Of a stretch of 64,000 bases of DNA, positions 1 to 9,898 are shown one piece after another (position 1 is the stretch's first letter; each line of letters begins with the position of its first letter). The stretch is from positions 1 to 64,000 of the IMG/VR virus record IMGVR_UViG_3300026484_000087; one strand, written 5' to 3'. Both the position numbers and the translations under genes were made by a program. The notes beneath the pieces were generated by a model that did not search any database, was not told the DNA's origin, and saw only the letters and a list, made by a program, of their open reading frames with translations.

Positions 1-105
1 ATCCTTAACATAAACAAGCATTCTGTCACGTTTAGGAGTAAGGTTATTTCTGTCTTCTATAGTCTTAACCGTTTTATTTCTATCAGCATGTACTATTACA
101 CCCAT
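1..105 (-). CDS. 5' end of a gene running off the window (MGVIVHADRNKTVKTIEDRN...), probably a virion/fibre-cluster protein
   Basis: ATG at 105 with AAGGA RBS; frame open to the window edge. Confidence 0.6.
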   Translation of the reverse strand, partial: MGVIVHADRNKTVKTIEDRNNLTPKRDRMLVYVKD

Positions 106-138
106 AAGTATTCCTTTATATTTTTTATTTTATATATG

Positions 139-179
139 TAGTTATCCTACCGAAGCAAGTAGCTTCAGTAAGATAGCTA
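139..179 (-). terminator. Stem-loop downstream of the fibre gene
   Basis: Inverted repeat of about 18 bp; two of its three imperfect positions are G.U pairs on the - strand; no clear U-tract. Confidence 0.5.
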
Positions 180-195
180 AACAGTTAGTTATTTA

Positions 196-1188
196 CTAGC
201 TTGCTGGAATATAAGCGTATTGTACCATAACTTTTTTACCATCGAATTGACCTTCTTCATCTGGATGTAAGTTATATACTTTAGAACCAGCTTCATCAAC
301 AGTAACAGGGATATCAGATGCAACACCAGCATCATCTACGTTTCTAACTGTAGCGAAGTTAAAAATCATATCATTTTTAGCAACGTTAGAAATAGTGATA
401 GTATCAGAATCAACTTCTAATAACTCAGTATAGAATTTAGCCCCACCAAGTCTAACTTTTTCAGATACTTCAGCAGAACTATCTACAGAGATATTTGCTC
501 TAGCTGCAGCAGCATCAGTTACATCAGATAAGTTATCTTCTTTTTTAAGTGCAGTTGCAACAGCATCAGTCATTGCAGTATGCTCATCATCAATAGCTTT
601 AGTTCTAGCATCTGCTTCATCTTTGATAGCTTGCTCTAACTCAGCATCTTTATCATCATGTGCTTTATTTACTTCATCTTGTGCAGCAACAGCATCACTT
701 AATGCTTTTTCTCTAGCATCAGCAAGATCAGAGATAGCTGTATTGATGTCATTATCAGCATTTTTAAATGCATCAACGATTTCTTTAAGAGAATCTAAAG
801 CTTCTTCATCAGTATTTTCAATAATGTTATCAATTTTACCTTGTAAATCAGTAACAGCATCTTTTCTATCTTGTACCTCAGTATCAAGATTAGCTTGAAC
901 AGCATCAATAGCATCGCTACTAGCAGCATCTAAATCAGCGATAGCATCTTTTCTATCCTGTACTTCTTTATCTATATTTGCTTGTAACTCATCTTTGTTA
1001 TCAGCAACAGTTTTGTTAGTAGCATCGATAGCATCTTTTCTATCTTGTACTTCAGTGTCGATGTTTGCTTGTAAAGCATCATCAGCATCAGTTCTAGCTT
1101 GTGCCTCATTTGAGTCAGCAGTAGCTAAAGCTTGTAAATCAGAATTTAATCCAAGGATCATAGTCTTTGAACGTTTTAAAATAGCCAT
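196..1188 (-). CDS. Coiled-coil virion fibre/appendage protein with heptad repeats
   Basis: Three copies of (L/V)QAN(I/L)DxEVQDRKDA; NLSDVxDxxAARANI fibre motif; small C-terminal beta-rich domain. Confidence 0.6.
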   Translation of the reverse strand: MAILKRSKTMILGLNSDLQALATADSNEAQARTDADDALQANIDTEVQDRKDAIDATNKTVADNKDELQANIDKEVQDRKDAIADLDAASSDAIDAVQANLDTEVQDRKDAVTDLQGKIDNIIENTDEEALDSLKEIVDAFKNADNDINTAISDLADAREKALSDAVAAQDEVNKAHDDKDAELEQAIKDEADARTKAIDDEHTAMTDAVATALKKEDNLSDVTDAAAARANISVDSSAEVSEKVRLGGAKFYTELLEVDSDTITISNVAKNDMIFNFATVRNVDDAGVASDIPVTVDEAGSKVYNLHPDEEGQFDGKKVMVQYAYIPAS

Positions 1189-1218
1189 AATAGCTCCTTC
1201 ATATATTTTATTACAATA

Positions 1219-1431
1219 TTATAATTGTTTAGAGGTTAAGGAAGCAAGTCTTTTAACATTCTTCCTAATTTCTTTCATAACAGGTCCACAGTTGCTTTTA
1301 TATTCTTCCAATGCGTCCGTATATTGTTGTGATGTCATATTAACATATATTTTTTTATCATTAATCTTTATCTCATATTTTTTAACAACCATAAGCCATG
1401 ATATAAAATAATGATCATTTAGTCTAATCAT
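1219..1431 (-). CDS. Hypothetical protein (true start may be internal)
   Basis: ORF fills the gap between co-directional genes. Confidence 0.4.
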   Translation of the reverse strand: MIRLNDHYFISWLMVVKKYEIKINDKKIYVNMTSQQYTDALEEYKSNCGPVMKEIRKNVKRLASLTSKQL

Positions 1432-1433
1432 AT

Positions 1434-2333
1434 CTATTCCTTACTGCCTACAGTAAGATAGCTAACGGTACAATATTTACCATTTAGGTTATCTTCACTA
1501 TCAAATAATACATGTGTACCGTTTGTACTACATGTTGCCTCAAAAATGGTGTTATATTCTTTACCAATACCTTCAAATATTACAGCATAACCATTTATAA
1601 TATCACCGAATGCTTCTGATGGTAAAACTGCTTTATTCTCATATATTAAAAGTCTTTCTGTAGTAATTACTTTTCTACTTTCAAGAGCTTTTATTACATC
1701 AGAAAAAATGTTTAACTGATTAGCCATTTGTTGCATATTATAGTGTTTTTTAGGATTGGGTAAATTATAGTCTTTAGTTATTTCCCCATTATATAGACTT
1801 GGACCATCTATATCATTTATATCACTTCTTGGTTCAACAACAAAATCATCAACGTCAGTTATATATGAAGTTTCAACCTTATTGTCAATTTTAACAGGAA
1901 TTACATCATTATTATATTCTCCGAAACAATACCTAAGACTAATTTCTTTACCAATATACTCTTCTAAACCAGTTACTATATTATTACGTACTTTAAGATC
2001 ACTTTCTTTAAGTACCTTAAATATTTTCTTATCTTCATAAATAAAGATGTCCCATATAACCCCATCCAAAGGTATTTTAGATAACGCTAAATAATCGTTT
2101 TCTATATCTGTTGTCTCTATAAGATGTCCAAAGTTAATTATCTTCTTATCTGCAACATATACCCATCTATTTAAGTTAGCATCAAAACGCAGGATAATAG
2201 GATCCTTTTTATTAGGATACCTATTATCTGTGTTTAATACTAATGAAAAGCTATTATGTTTACCCTTATTGTTAAACATATCAGAGGTTATACTTGGTTG
2301 TATCTTATCTATACTACCAAATTTAATACTCAT
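1434..2333 (-). CDS. Putative virion protein; C-terminal domain resembles that of 196-1188
   Basis: Ends ...NLNGKYCTVSYL versus ...QFDGKKVMVQYAY. Confidence 0.5.
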   Translation of the reverse strand: MSIKFGSIDKIQPSITSDMFNNKGKHNSFSLVLNTDNRYPNKKDPIILRFDANLNRWVYVADKKIINFGHLIETTDIENDYLALSKIPLDGVIWDIFIYEDKKIFKVLKESDLKVRNNIVTGLEEYIGKEISLRYCFGEYNNDVIPVKIDNKVETSYITDVDDFVVEPRSDINDIDGPSLYNGEITKDYNLPNPKKHYNMQQMANQLNIFSDVIKALESRKVITTERLLIYENKAVLPSEAFGDIINGYAVIFEGIGKEYNTIFEATCSTNGTHVLFDSEDNLNGKYCTVSYLTVGSKE

Positions 2334-2387
2334 TAATTGTCCTTTATATTGTTTTAGTAGTTATCCTACTATAAAAAAGTTCAACTA

Positions 2388-3029
2388 TTATAGAGTACCG
2401 AAATCAACGTTTATAGAGATAGCGTCAACTCTATCATTAAGTTTTTTAACTTCATCTTCAGTATAGTCTTTTAAATCAGTAATCTTATCATCTAATTCAT
2501 CATTTACTGCATTGATTTTAATAGTTAACTTATCTTTAATATCTTTAGTAGCATTAACTGTAGAATATTCAGATACATTAACTGAAACTTGATAAACTTT
2601 AAATTTATCATTTACTTTATCATATACAGCAGTATATAGTTCATCAGCTTGTAAGAAACCATCAAAATTAGAACCAGTTGCATTAGCAGCATCTTTAGCT
2701 GGTAAAGTGTTAAGTTTAATTTTAAAATCACCTACATTTGCATTTGCAGGAGTGAAGAATACTGTTGTACCCTCTACTAAAGTTTCAATGTTATTTTGTG
2801 TAGATGTTCTAACTAAATGTAGTTCATTTTCTGAACCAATATCTTTATAAAAAACTGATTTAGTTGCAATATCAATAGCTTTAGCTAATTGATTGTTATC
2901 ATTAGCATTTAGCTCAACAGATGTACTAATAGCATTTTTAAGCTCGTTTATGATACTATTCATATCCTCAGCAGTTAAAAAACCTTGTTCAGTTGTAACG
3001 TTATTAATTTTTTCAGCAATATTTTTCAT
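2388..3029 (-). CDS. Putative tail-fibre/tail-associated protein
   Basis: N-terminal LTAEDMNSIINELKNAI...DNNQLAKAI resembles tail-fibre N-termini; FTPANAN module; C-terminal DFG motif. Confidence 0.5.
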   Translation of the reverse strand: MKNIAEKINNVTTEQGFLTAEDMNSIINELKNAISTSVELNANDNNQLAKAIDIATKSVFYKDIGSENELHLVRTSTQNNIETLVEGTTVFFTPANANVGDFKIKLNTLPAKDAANATGSNFDGFLQADELYTAVYDKVNDKFKVYQVSVNVSEYSTVNATKDIKDKLTIKINAVNDELDDKITDLKDYTEDEVKKLNDRVDAISINVDFGTL

Positions 3030-3062
3030 TTTTATGTTTCCTTTTATGTTTTAATTTTAAGA

Positions 3063-4031
3063 TTAGTCTTCATTAGATACGAATTTAATCGGTAAGTCTA
3101 ATGGATAATAAGTTTGTTCATTGTTGCCATTATATGGAATATTATCCCCTGTTGGTAACTCTAAGTCCTCATTGAACGGTTCAACATATGTATATGTCCA
3201 TTCACCTCGTTTACTATTGATTGTAGTTCTTACTCTAAGTACATTAGCAACTCCAGCATTAAGATTATCTTTACTTATGTTAAAGAAACATTCAGTAGTA
3301 GTACCACTCTCAACAACCTCTCCTTCTAAAAGAAATTCCCATTCTAAAGTATCTAAACCTTCCATAAATGGTAACGTTACATATAGATCAACATTAGGTG
3401 GAATAAATTTCATTTTTTCATGTAGAACAATTCTATCATCATTAGATAAATAAAAACTAATTGTACCAAATTGACTAATGTCTCCATTAGAACCTTTATA
3501 TGCTGCATGTACATGGCATACTGTATTTTTTGGTAAATATCTATCCATCAAAACGCTAGTAAGATTATCTTTATCATCTATGCTAGCCCATAAGGCTGTA
3601 CCCTCACTATCTTCAACGATCCATGTAGTAGATTCATGAGTAGCATTACCTAAAGTAGAGAACTCATTACCTATGATTTTAAAGTATGCGTTGGGATGTG
3701 AATCTTTTTCATACTTAGTTGTTAAAGTGGGAGCAGTAATAATGCTAGGAATATCCATATTCAATGCTACTTCATTAGCATCTTTAGGGATAAATACATC
3801 AATATTACTCCACTCTGTAAATCCAGTATTTAACAACATTCTAGCTCTACCGTAGTATTTCTTACCTAGATCTAATTTTTCATTGAAAATTATAGTAGTT
3901 AAATTCTCTTCATCGTCCATAGATTTAACAAGGATGTCTTTAAAACTTTCGTCTGTAGACACTTGCCAGTCTGTTTTATCATGTGTCCATCCCGTAGGTA
4001 AATCTGCATTATTAATTCTTAATACAATCAT
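3063..4031 (-). CDS. Virion structural protein with Ig/FN3-like repeats
   Basis: HDKTDWQVSTDESF and HESTTW repeats typical of jumbo-phage Ig-like virion proteins; start moved to ATG 4031 behind a GGAG RBS. Confidence 0.55.
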   Translation of the reverse strand: MIVLRINNADLPTGWTHDKTDWQVSTDESFKDILVKSMDDEENLTTIIFNEKLDLGKKYYGRARMLLNTGFTEWSNIDVFIPKDANEVALNMDIPSIITAPTLTTKYEKDSHPNAYFKIIGNEFSTLGNATHESTTWIVEDSEGTALWASIDDKDNLTSVLMDRYLPKNTVCHVHAAYKGSNGDISQFGTISFYLSNDDRIVLHEKMKFIPPNVDLYVTLPFMEGLDTLEWEFLLEGEVVESGTTTECFFNISKDNLNAGVANVLRVRTTINSKRGEWTYTYVEPFNEDLELPTGDNIPYNGNNEQTYYPLDLPIKFVSNED

Positions 4032-4126
4032 TACTGTCTCCAATTCATTTATTTTTTTCTTCAATAAAGTATAAGAAATTGATATCAAAAAAGAAAAAAA
4101 AGAACAATAAGAGGATTTAGTCTTAT

Positions 4127-5653
4127 CTAAATCTTCTTATTATATTCTTCTATAAAGATATTTTTACTTTTACTTTTGAATAATTCTATTCTTGATTTAT
4201 GATATTCATATTGTTTCTCTATATCTTTTGTATAGAAATAATAGAATCTCATATCTCGACCTTCTTTCTTACGCAACCTACCTAAAGCCTGTAGATTAGC
4301 CTGTTTAGATTTCATAGAGATTGTCTGTATAACAGTTATCAAACCCTTAATATCTACTGCTGTACCAGCTGAAAGAACCGTAGTTACAACCATATCAGCA
4401 GTTTGTAGATTTTCATATGGATCATCTTCCACGTATCTATTTATACTAAGATAATCATACTTTGTTTTAAAATACTCTGTTAACATAGTACAAAACTCTA
4501 TACTAGATGCAAATATTATTATCTTATCCCCATCTTTTCTTCTATCCAGGTATCCAACCTTAATATAGTTGCATATCATATCAACATAGTTTCTAAGTTG
4601 AATACTATGTCTCATTATGGATTGTTCAAACCCTATATGAGTATAACCCATACTACCGACAGCCCTAATACGCTTAGCATTTTCTATAGTATACTGCACT
4701 GCATGTATATCTATATACTTATCGTATTCTATGTTAGCTAACTTTGATTTAACTGGGAATAAAGCTCTATAAAATTTACCTACGCTTTCATTATCGGTTT
4801 CAAGTGTAGCTGACATACCTATAAAATGTTCTACGTTAAAATACAAACTTGCCTTATAAACACTAAAAAATTCTTGATGTACCTCATCTATTAATAGCGT
4901 ACCTATACCAAAAGTTTCCATAAGCAATGATGGTACCACTGGATAAATAAAATCATCCATATCTTTAAGACTTTCGTATGCTTTTATATAAAGATAGATT
5001 GTTCTGTTACTAAAAATTACAACTTTAGGAATGTATTCTCCAGAGATAGCCATCTCTGTAGCCAAGATAAGATCCTTACTCCCTCTTATAACTAAAATGT
5101 CATCATCTTTAATATCGGTTTTTTCTTTAAGCTCCTCTATCCATTTATCAATATATTTTGGAAGTATAAGAATAGCAGTAGCTTTATTTATAGCACACAT
5201 ACTACTTATAGAAATCATTCCTTTGCCTTTACCAGTCTGATGATCTATCAGTTTAGTAGGAGTACTATCATCCTTAACTATTCTAGTAAAAGCCTTTTCT
5301 TGGTAATCCCTGAGTATGTATTCTGATTTAAGATTTATATCTAATCTATTAGTCTTGAATGTTTCTTCTCTAACTATATTAATGTTATCACGATTAACAC
5401 TATACATTTTAAGCATCCACATAAAATCTTTAACAAAATTAATATTAAATCTATATTCGTTAAAATTATGATTTCCTCCAACGAATATCTTATCAAGCTC
5501 TCTTACTTTTCTTCTCTTCTTTGGATTATATACCAATCTAAAAGTATAGAACTTCTTCATTATAAAATCACGCAGTAGTCTCTTAGCATTAGGAGACTCA
5601 ACGTATACTGTGAAGAAATTCTTACTTACCATAATCATATATTCGTGTTTCAT
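4127..5653 (-). CDS. SF2 DExH-box helicase (phiKZ gp75-like)
   Basis: LRDYQ, QTGKGK, DEVH, SAT and QALGRLR motifs; follows the nvRNAP beta' gene. Confidence 0.9.
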   Translation of the reverse strand: MKHEYMIMVSKNFFTVYVESPNAKRLLRDFIMKKFYTFRLVYNPKKRRKVRELDKIFVGGNHNFNEYRFNINFVKDFMWMLKMYSVNRDNINIVREETFKTNRLDINLKSEYILRDYQEKAFTRIVKDDSTPTKLIDHQTGKGKGMISISSMCAINKATAILILPKYIDKWIEELKEKTDIKDDDILVIRGSKDLILATEMAISGEYIPKVVIFSNRTIYLYIKAYESLKDMDDFIYPVVPSLLMETFGIGTLLIDEVHQEFFSVYKASLYFNVEHFIGMSATLETDNESVGKFYRALFPVKSKLANIEYDKYIDIHAVQYTIENAKRIRAVGSMGYTHIGFEQSIMRHSIQLRNYVDMICNYIKVGYLDRRKDGDKIIIFASSIEFCTMLTEYFKTKYDYLSINRYVEDDPYENLQTADMVVTTVLSAGTAVDIKGLITVIQTISMKSKQANLQALGRLRKKEGRDMRFYYFYTKDIEKQYEYHKSRIELFKSKSKNIFIEEYNKKI

Positions 5654-5675
5654 TTCATCTCCTACACTATTTTTT

Positions 5676-7706
5676 TTATTTTAAAGCATTTAAAACCTCA
5701 TTTGGTTTTAATAGAACATCTAACAAGTGGTCTGGTTTATTAGTATCTGTAAATAAACCTGGCGTCAGTATCTTACCAGATAAGTTATCATAACCATAAC
5801 TAGCACCAGCTGAACGTTTATCTATTACTGTAAGCAACGGAGATAATTGAACGTTTTCACTGTTTCTACCTAAATCATAATTACCATTAGGTAAGTCGTA
5901 TACAGTAAATGCGTATACTACCACTTCAAACAAAGCAATATTAACATCAAGTTTACTATTAACTAAAGTGAATACTTTTGACAATAACGATTCTGGACTA
6001 TCTTTAGATACACCGCCTTTAAGGATGGACATTGTTTTAAACATATCCTTAGTATCTTTAGATAAGGCTAAGAAACTAAATTCAACTTCTGGTAACTTTA
6101 ATATAGGAGTAATAAATTTCCAATTACTCATATCCACTATGTAGTTATCATACTCATCTGCTTCATACCCATTCTCTATAATATAATTAAGGAACTTAAG
6201 TTCAAACACACCATATCTATTACCAAGTCTTATAGGCAATTCATAATGTTCAACATTACCCTTATACTCATACCTAACTATAATAGTCTCTAACCTACTA
6301 ACCCTACCTGGATCAATAATATTTATAGATTTGTCCATCTTTATATCTTTAAGACCAAAACATTCTTCCTGCTTAAAGATAAGCGATACCTTAGCATTCT
6401 TCTTAGCCAGAACTTGAGGTCTTATAACATAACCATTTTTATCTTTAATTACAAAGAACTTCTTAGCATCATCATTAAGCTCTATCGTATTAGATGTAGC
6501 TGATGTAACAAGGTGTTTAGTAGATAAGATAGATTGTGATATTTTAGCATTTATCTCAGTACTACAAAGATGTCCTAAGTTAGAGTGTTTAGGTATAGAA
6601 TATGCTAACTCCCCAAAACACTTAGAGCATATTTGTTTCTTATTAGGTAATTTACATTTTATAGCTGAACGAAGTTTTATTGTTTTACCATATAAATGTT
6701 TCATATCCGTAGTTATAGCTACTAACTCGTTAGTAGTTTCATCTAGATAATACTTACCTTCTAACTTGTTTAAATCACCTTTATAAATAGTTTCACCACT
6801 TACTGATTTCTCTACCGGTTTAACATACCAATCAAGATAGTCAGTGCTACCACAATCCCCAAAAACTATATCCTCAACTACCATAGTAGCCAACTGTAGT
6901 TCTCTACCAAAATATTCAGAATCCTGAATAGCCTTATTAGATAAGAATAATGCTTTTGCACCAGATCTACTATCAGCAGCTAATTCATACATGTTAGCCA
7001 TACCCATGGTAAATGATGAGCTAATAGGATATTTAAAAATAGAACTATCAAGTTCTGTAACATAACCTCTTGGACCAAGAACCTGTTTCATTTGGTTAGC
7101 ATTAACCATACCAGATATATATGCCTTAACAACTGGATTATTTAGAAGATCTTTATCGTTACGCATAATATGATCTAATAGATTATAAGTAACATCAATA
7201 GCATTAACGTTCATTTCATCTGACACTCTGGCCATTGATTTCATTAAATCCTCTTTTAACTGTATATCTAAAAGATCCTTTATATTCATAGACATAACGT
7301 GTTCTGTTATATTATAGCTAAATTCAGAATATAAGGTTTCAACTATCTTATATAAACTATAATATGTATATGCTAATTGTTTATGAACATCTTTACCATT
7401 TACTTTTATAACATTATTAATAAGATCATTTAATATTTCAGATAAAAACTTAGTATGCGATTTACCAGTATACATATCATTAGTGTAAAAGTTACGTATA
7501 TTATATTTTGATACTAATTTAATATCCTTATTAAGATTTGCCATCTCCCAGAAATATCTGGATATAATGACCTCTCTACTGTACATTCTTACACAGATAT
7601 TGTCTTCAAACATAACATTTACATAACCTGTAATATTATTAAGAATATCTAGCGGTTTATAATTTAGAAAATCTCTTACCAATACTGCTGTTTCTTTTTT
7701 ACCCAT
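5676..7706 (-). CDS. Non-virion RNA polymerase beta' C-terminal subunit (phiKZ gp74-like)
   Basis: QVLGPRG, DCGS, LRSAIKC...ICSKCFG zinc site, SQSILSTKH trigger-loop-like motif. Confidence 0.88.
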   Translation of the reverse strand: MGKKETAVLVRDFLNYKPLDILNNITGYVNVMFEDNICVRMYSREVIISRYFWEMANLNKDIKLVSKYNIRNFYTNDMYTGKSHTKFLSEILNDLINNVIKVNGKDVHKQLAYTYYSLYKIVETLYSEFSYNITEHVMSMNIKDLLDIQLKEDLMKSMARVSDEMNVNAIDVTYNLLDHIMRNDKDLLNNPVVKAYISGMVNANQMKQVLGPRGYVTELDSSIFKYPISSSFTMGMANMYELAADSRSGAKALFLSNKAIQDSEYFGRELQLATMVVEDIVFGDCGSTDYLDWYVKPVEKSVSGETIYKGDLNKLEGKYYLDETTNELVAITTDMKHLYGKTIKLRSAIKCKLPNKKQICSKCFGELAYSIPKHSNLGHLCSTEINAKISQSILSTKHLVTSATSNTIELNDDAKKFFVIKDKNGYVIRPQVLAKKNAKVSLIFKQEECFGLKDIKMDKSINIIDPGRVSRLETIIVRYEYKGNVEHYELPIRLGNRYGVFELKFLNYIIENGYEADEYDNYIVDMSNWKFITPILKLPEVEFSFLALSKDTKDMFKTMSILKGGVSKDSPESLLSKVFTLVNSKLDVNIALFEVVVYAFTVYDLPNGNYDLGRNSENVQLSPLLTVIDKRSAGASYGYDNLSGKILTPGLFTDTNKPDHLLDVLLKPNEVLNALK

Positions 7707-7730
7707 AACCTCTCCTCATTATATTTTTTT

Positions 7731-7762
7731 GATACTGCCTAGTACCTACTTTAATAATATAT
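7731..7762 (-). promoter_or_regulatory. Conserved early-promoter/5'-hairpin element, copy 1
   Basis: - strand ATATATTATTAAAGTAGGTACTAGGCAGTATC just upstream of the gp74-like gene. Confidence 0.75.
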
Positions 7763-7840
7763 TGCTATAATATATTCCATATGATATCACAATTCATTTA
7801 TATATGAGCTGAGCAAAAAATATATAATAACCTACCATGG

Positions 7841-8008
7841 CTAAGTCCATGGTAAGTCATCAAGTGTTTCTTCACAAATATCCATATCCCAGTCACAATC
7901 AAATTCTACATCTGGTTTAAAATCCTTCTTATCAGCCCAGTCTTCACATGCACTAACAAAATCGCTAACGGTATCCTCACTAAATAAATCGCTAAAAAAA
8001 TCAAACAT
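7841..8008 (-). CDS. Unannotated 55-aa highly acidic protein
   Basis: MFDFFSDLFSEDTVSDFVSACEDWADKKDFKPDVEFDCDWDMDICEETLDDLPWT; ATG with AGGA/AGGT RBS right after the upstream stop; hairpin over its stop codon. Confidence 0.7.
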   Translation of the reverse strand: MFDFFSDLFSEDTVSDFVSACEDWADKKDFKPDVEFDCDWDMDICEETLDDLPWT

Positions 8009-8018
8009 TACCTATCCT

Positions 8019-8408
8019 TTATTTAAGTCTAATCATTTTTTTAATGTAATCTTCCATTAAATTATCACTATGAAGATTATTCTCTATAGCTAACCTGTTT
8101 ATGAATCTAAGATAATAATCATTGAATATATCAACATTATTAACTACTATATTGTTTGCATCCATACCATTATTAAGAGTGTTACATATCTCATCTAATG
8201 GCTTAGTTATCTTAACTGAATCAAATCTACAGTCATCCAGGTATATACTTATATCTAAATCATTTATGGTAAGAACATCTAATTTAGTTCTTAATGTTAG
8301 ATCTTTTAACTTCTTTTCTTTTATATCTTTAAATACTGATAATAGAAATTTAAGAGTTCTATCATATGTATAAAATCTTCCATCAAATTCACAACAATAT
8401 TCTTTCAT
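8019..8408 (-). CDS. Hypothetical protein
   Basis: ORF with RBS in an operon. Confidence 0.65.
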   Translation of the reverse strand: MKEYCCEFDGRFYTYDRTLKFLLSVFKDIKEKKLKDLTLRTKLDVLTINDLDISIYLDDCRFDSVKITKPLDEICNTLNNGMDANNIVVNNVDIFNDYYLRFINRLAIENNLHSDNLMEDYIKKMIRLK

Positions 8409-8411
8409 AAC

Positions 8412-9062
8412 CTATCCTTTAATTAAACCATCTCTTTTTAGTATAAAAAGCATTTCTTTTAACTCTACTTCAATATCATTAATTAGATTTAACTTCTTAT
8501 ATTCGTTTGGCTTTGTTTGCTTAAGTGCTACATTGATAGTAGATATTAAGAATAATATCTTTTCATGTACATTCAAACCAGCTACTTTACACTCTATAAA
8601 TCCCTTAAGTATTTTAACTATCTCTTTAAGTCTATCCTCAAATGCTGAGTACGCATTTATTGGCATTGACTCGTTGAGTTTCTTATTATATAACACAGCT
8701 TCTTTTATATCCCTATGGTATTTATAGAATTTACGTATAGTGTAGTTTGGATTAGAATCTACAAACTGATTTATTGGCATATCTATATTTATAACATAAA
8801 ATGTATGATACTTGTACATTTCATAATATATTTTTTCTTTATGTATTTCATAAGTAACCTCAACATTTTCTATTTTAAGATCAGCTGTTTTACCTGTCTT
8901 AATTAAATCTATCATTGGATTATGATTGTTCTCGGTTCTAACATTATTTAGTAAATAGAACTTATTATTAAGAACTATTGTTTTAACTCGCTTAAGATCT
9001 ATATTAGCCAAGTCTAATGTACCCTCAAATTTGTTTTTATTTTTTAAAAATAATAAGCCCAT
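8412..9062 (-). CDS. Hypothetical protein
   Basis: ORF with AAGGA RBS and upstream motif 2. Confidence 0.7.
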   Translation of the reverse strand: MGLLFLKNKNKFEGTLDLANIDLKRVKTIVLNNKFYLLNNVRTENNHNPMIDLIKTGKTADLKIENVEVTYEIHKEKIYYEMYKYHTFYVINIDMPINQFVDSNPNYTIRKFYKYHRDIKEAVLYNKKLNESMPINAYSAFEDRLKEIVKILKGFIECKVAGLNVHEKILFLISTINVALKQTKPNEYKKLNLINDIEVELKEMLFILKRDGLIKG

Positions 9063-9082
9063 TTTTTATATCCTTTTATTTA

Positions 9083-9110
9083 TCATTTAAATATGTTGGC
9101 AAAAAAAAAA
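9083..9110 (-). promoter_or_regulatory. Promoter-like motif 2 (T-tract, CCA-N9-AWTGA)
   Basis: - strand CCAACATATTTAAATGA; same spacing at 20121, 26745, 53942 and 56801. Confidence 0.5.
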
Positions 9111-9257
9111 GATATTAATAATAGTATATGTATGTGGTTTACCACGTACATATACCATACTATTTAAATGCAGTATTACAAGGACGCCTTCTACTTCATT
9201 GCATTTTTTGTTCTTTATACATAGCTTATTACACAGTACCCATTATAAACTTATAGG

Positions 9258-9887
9258 TTAAGCTGCACTTCCATTGCACCTAATCCTATAATACTCTTCA
9301 CATGGAGTTGTTATGCGTATAACAGGATCCCTTACAATGCATCCATCAACATTATCTGTTTTAGTCTTAAATTTACCAAATGGTAAGATGTAATTCAATG
9401 CTTCACTATCAATACATGTCATTTGGAACTTATAAGGCCTAATCTCTTTTGCACAATAAACATCATTCTTATATTTAACTATTAGGGTTTTTAAACCATT
9501 GGCACTTACAGCTAAACTATAAATACATAATGTAGCATTATCATCATATTCTAATAAGAAGTTACGAATGCCATTCTTTTCCATCTCATTAGCGGTTTCC
9601 ATACTTATAGCACAATATACCATTTCAGACATACTGCCCTCAAAGTGTTGATAAAAATCAACGATACATGGATAGCACGGTGGTAGCTTCTCTTTACTAT
9701 TGTCAACCAAACCATGATATTCAAATGGATGATATCCATGCAGTCTTTGAATATAGTTAAAAGCACGCTTAAGCCCCCTCTTATTTCTAATCAAGAGAGA
9801 TTCTAATCGTTGTAGATAATTATCACCATACGTAACGGTTGGACTTGTTAAAGCATTTTGATTACTAATATCTTTTACATTTCTCAT
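9258..9887 (-). CDS. Hypothetical protein
   Basis: 209-aa ORF with AAGGA RBS. Confidence 0.65.
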   Translation of the reverse strand: MRNVKDISNQNALTSPTVTYGDNYLQRLESLLIRNKRGLKRAFNYIQRLHGYHPFEYHGLVDNSKEKLPPCYPCIVDFYQHFEGSMSEMVYCAISMETANEMEKNGIRNFLLEYDDNATLCIYSLAVSANGLKTLIVKYKNDVYCAKEIRPYKFQMTCIDSEALNYILPFGKFKTKTDNVDGCIVRDPVIRITTPCEEYYRIRCNGSAA

Positions 9888-9898
9888 AACTTATCCTT

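Noticed and set aside
9180-9245. Possible small ORF in the gap after 9258-9887
   Set aside because: The ATG-started frames I checked close within 10 codons
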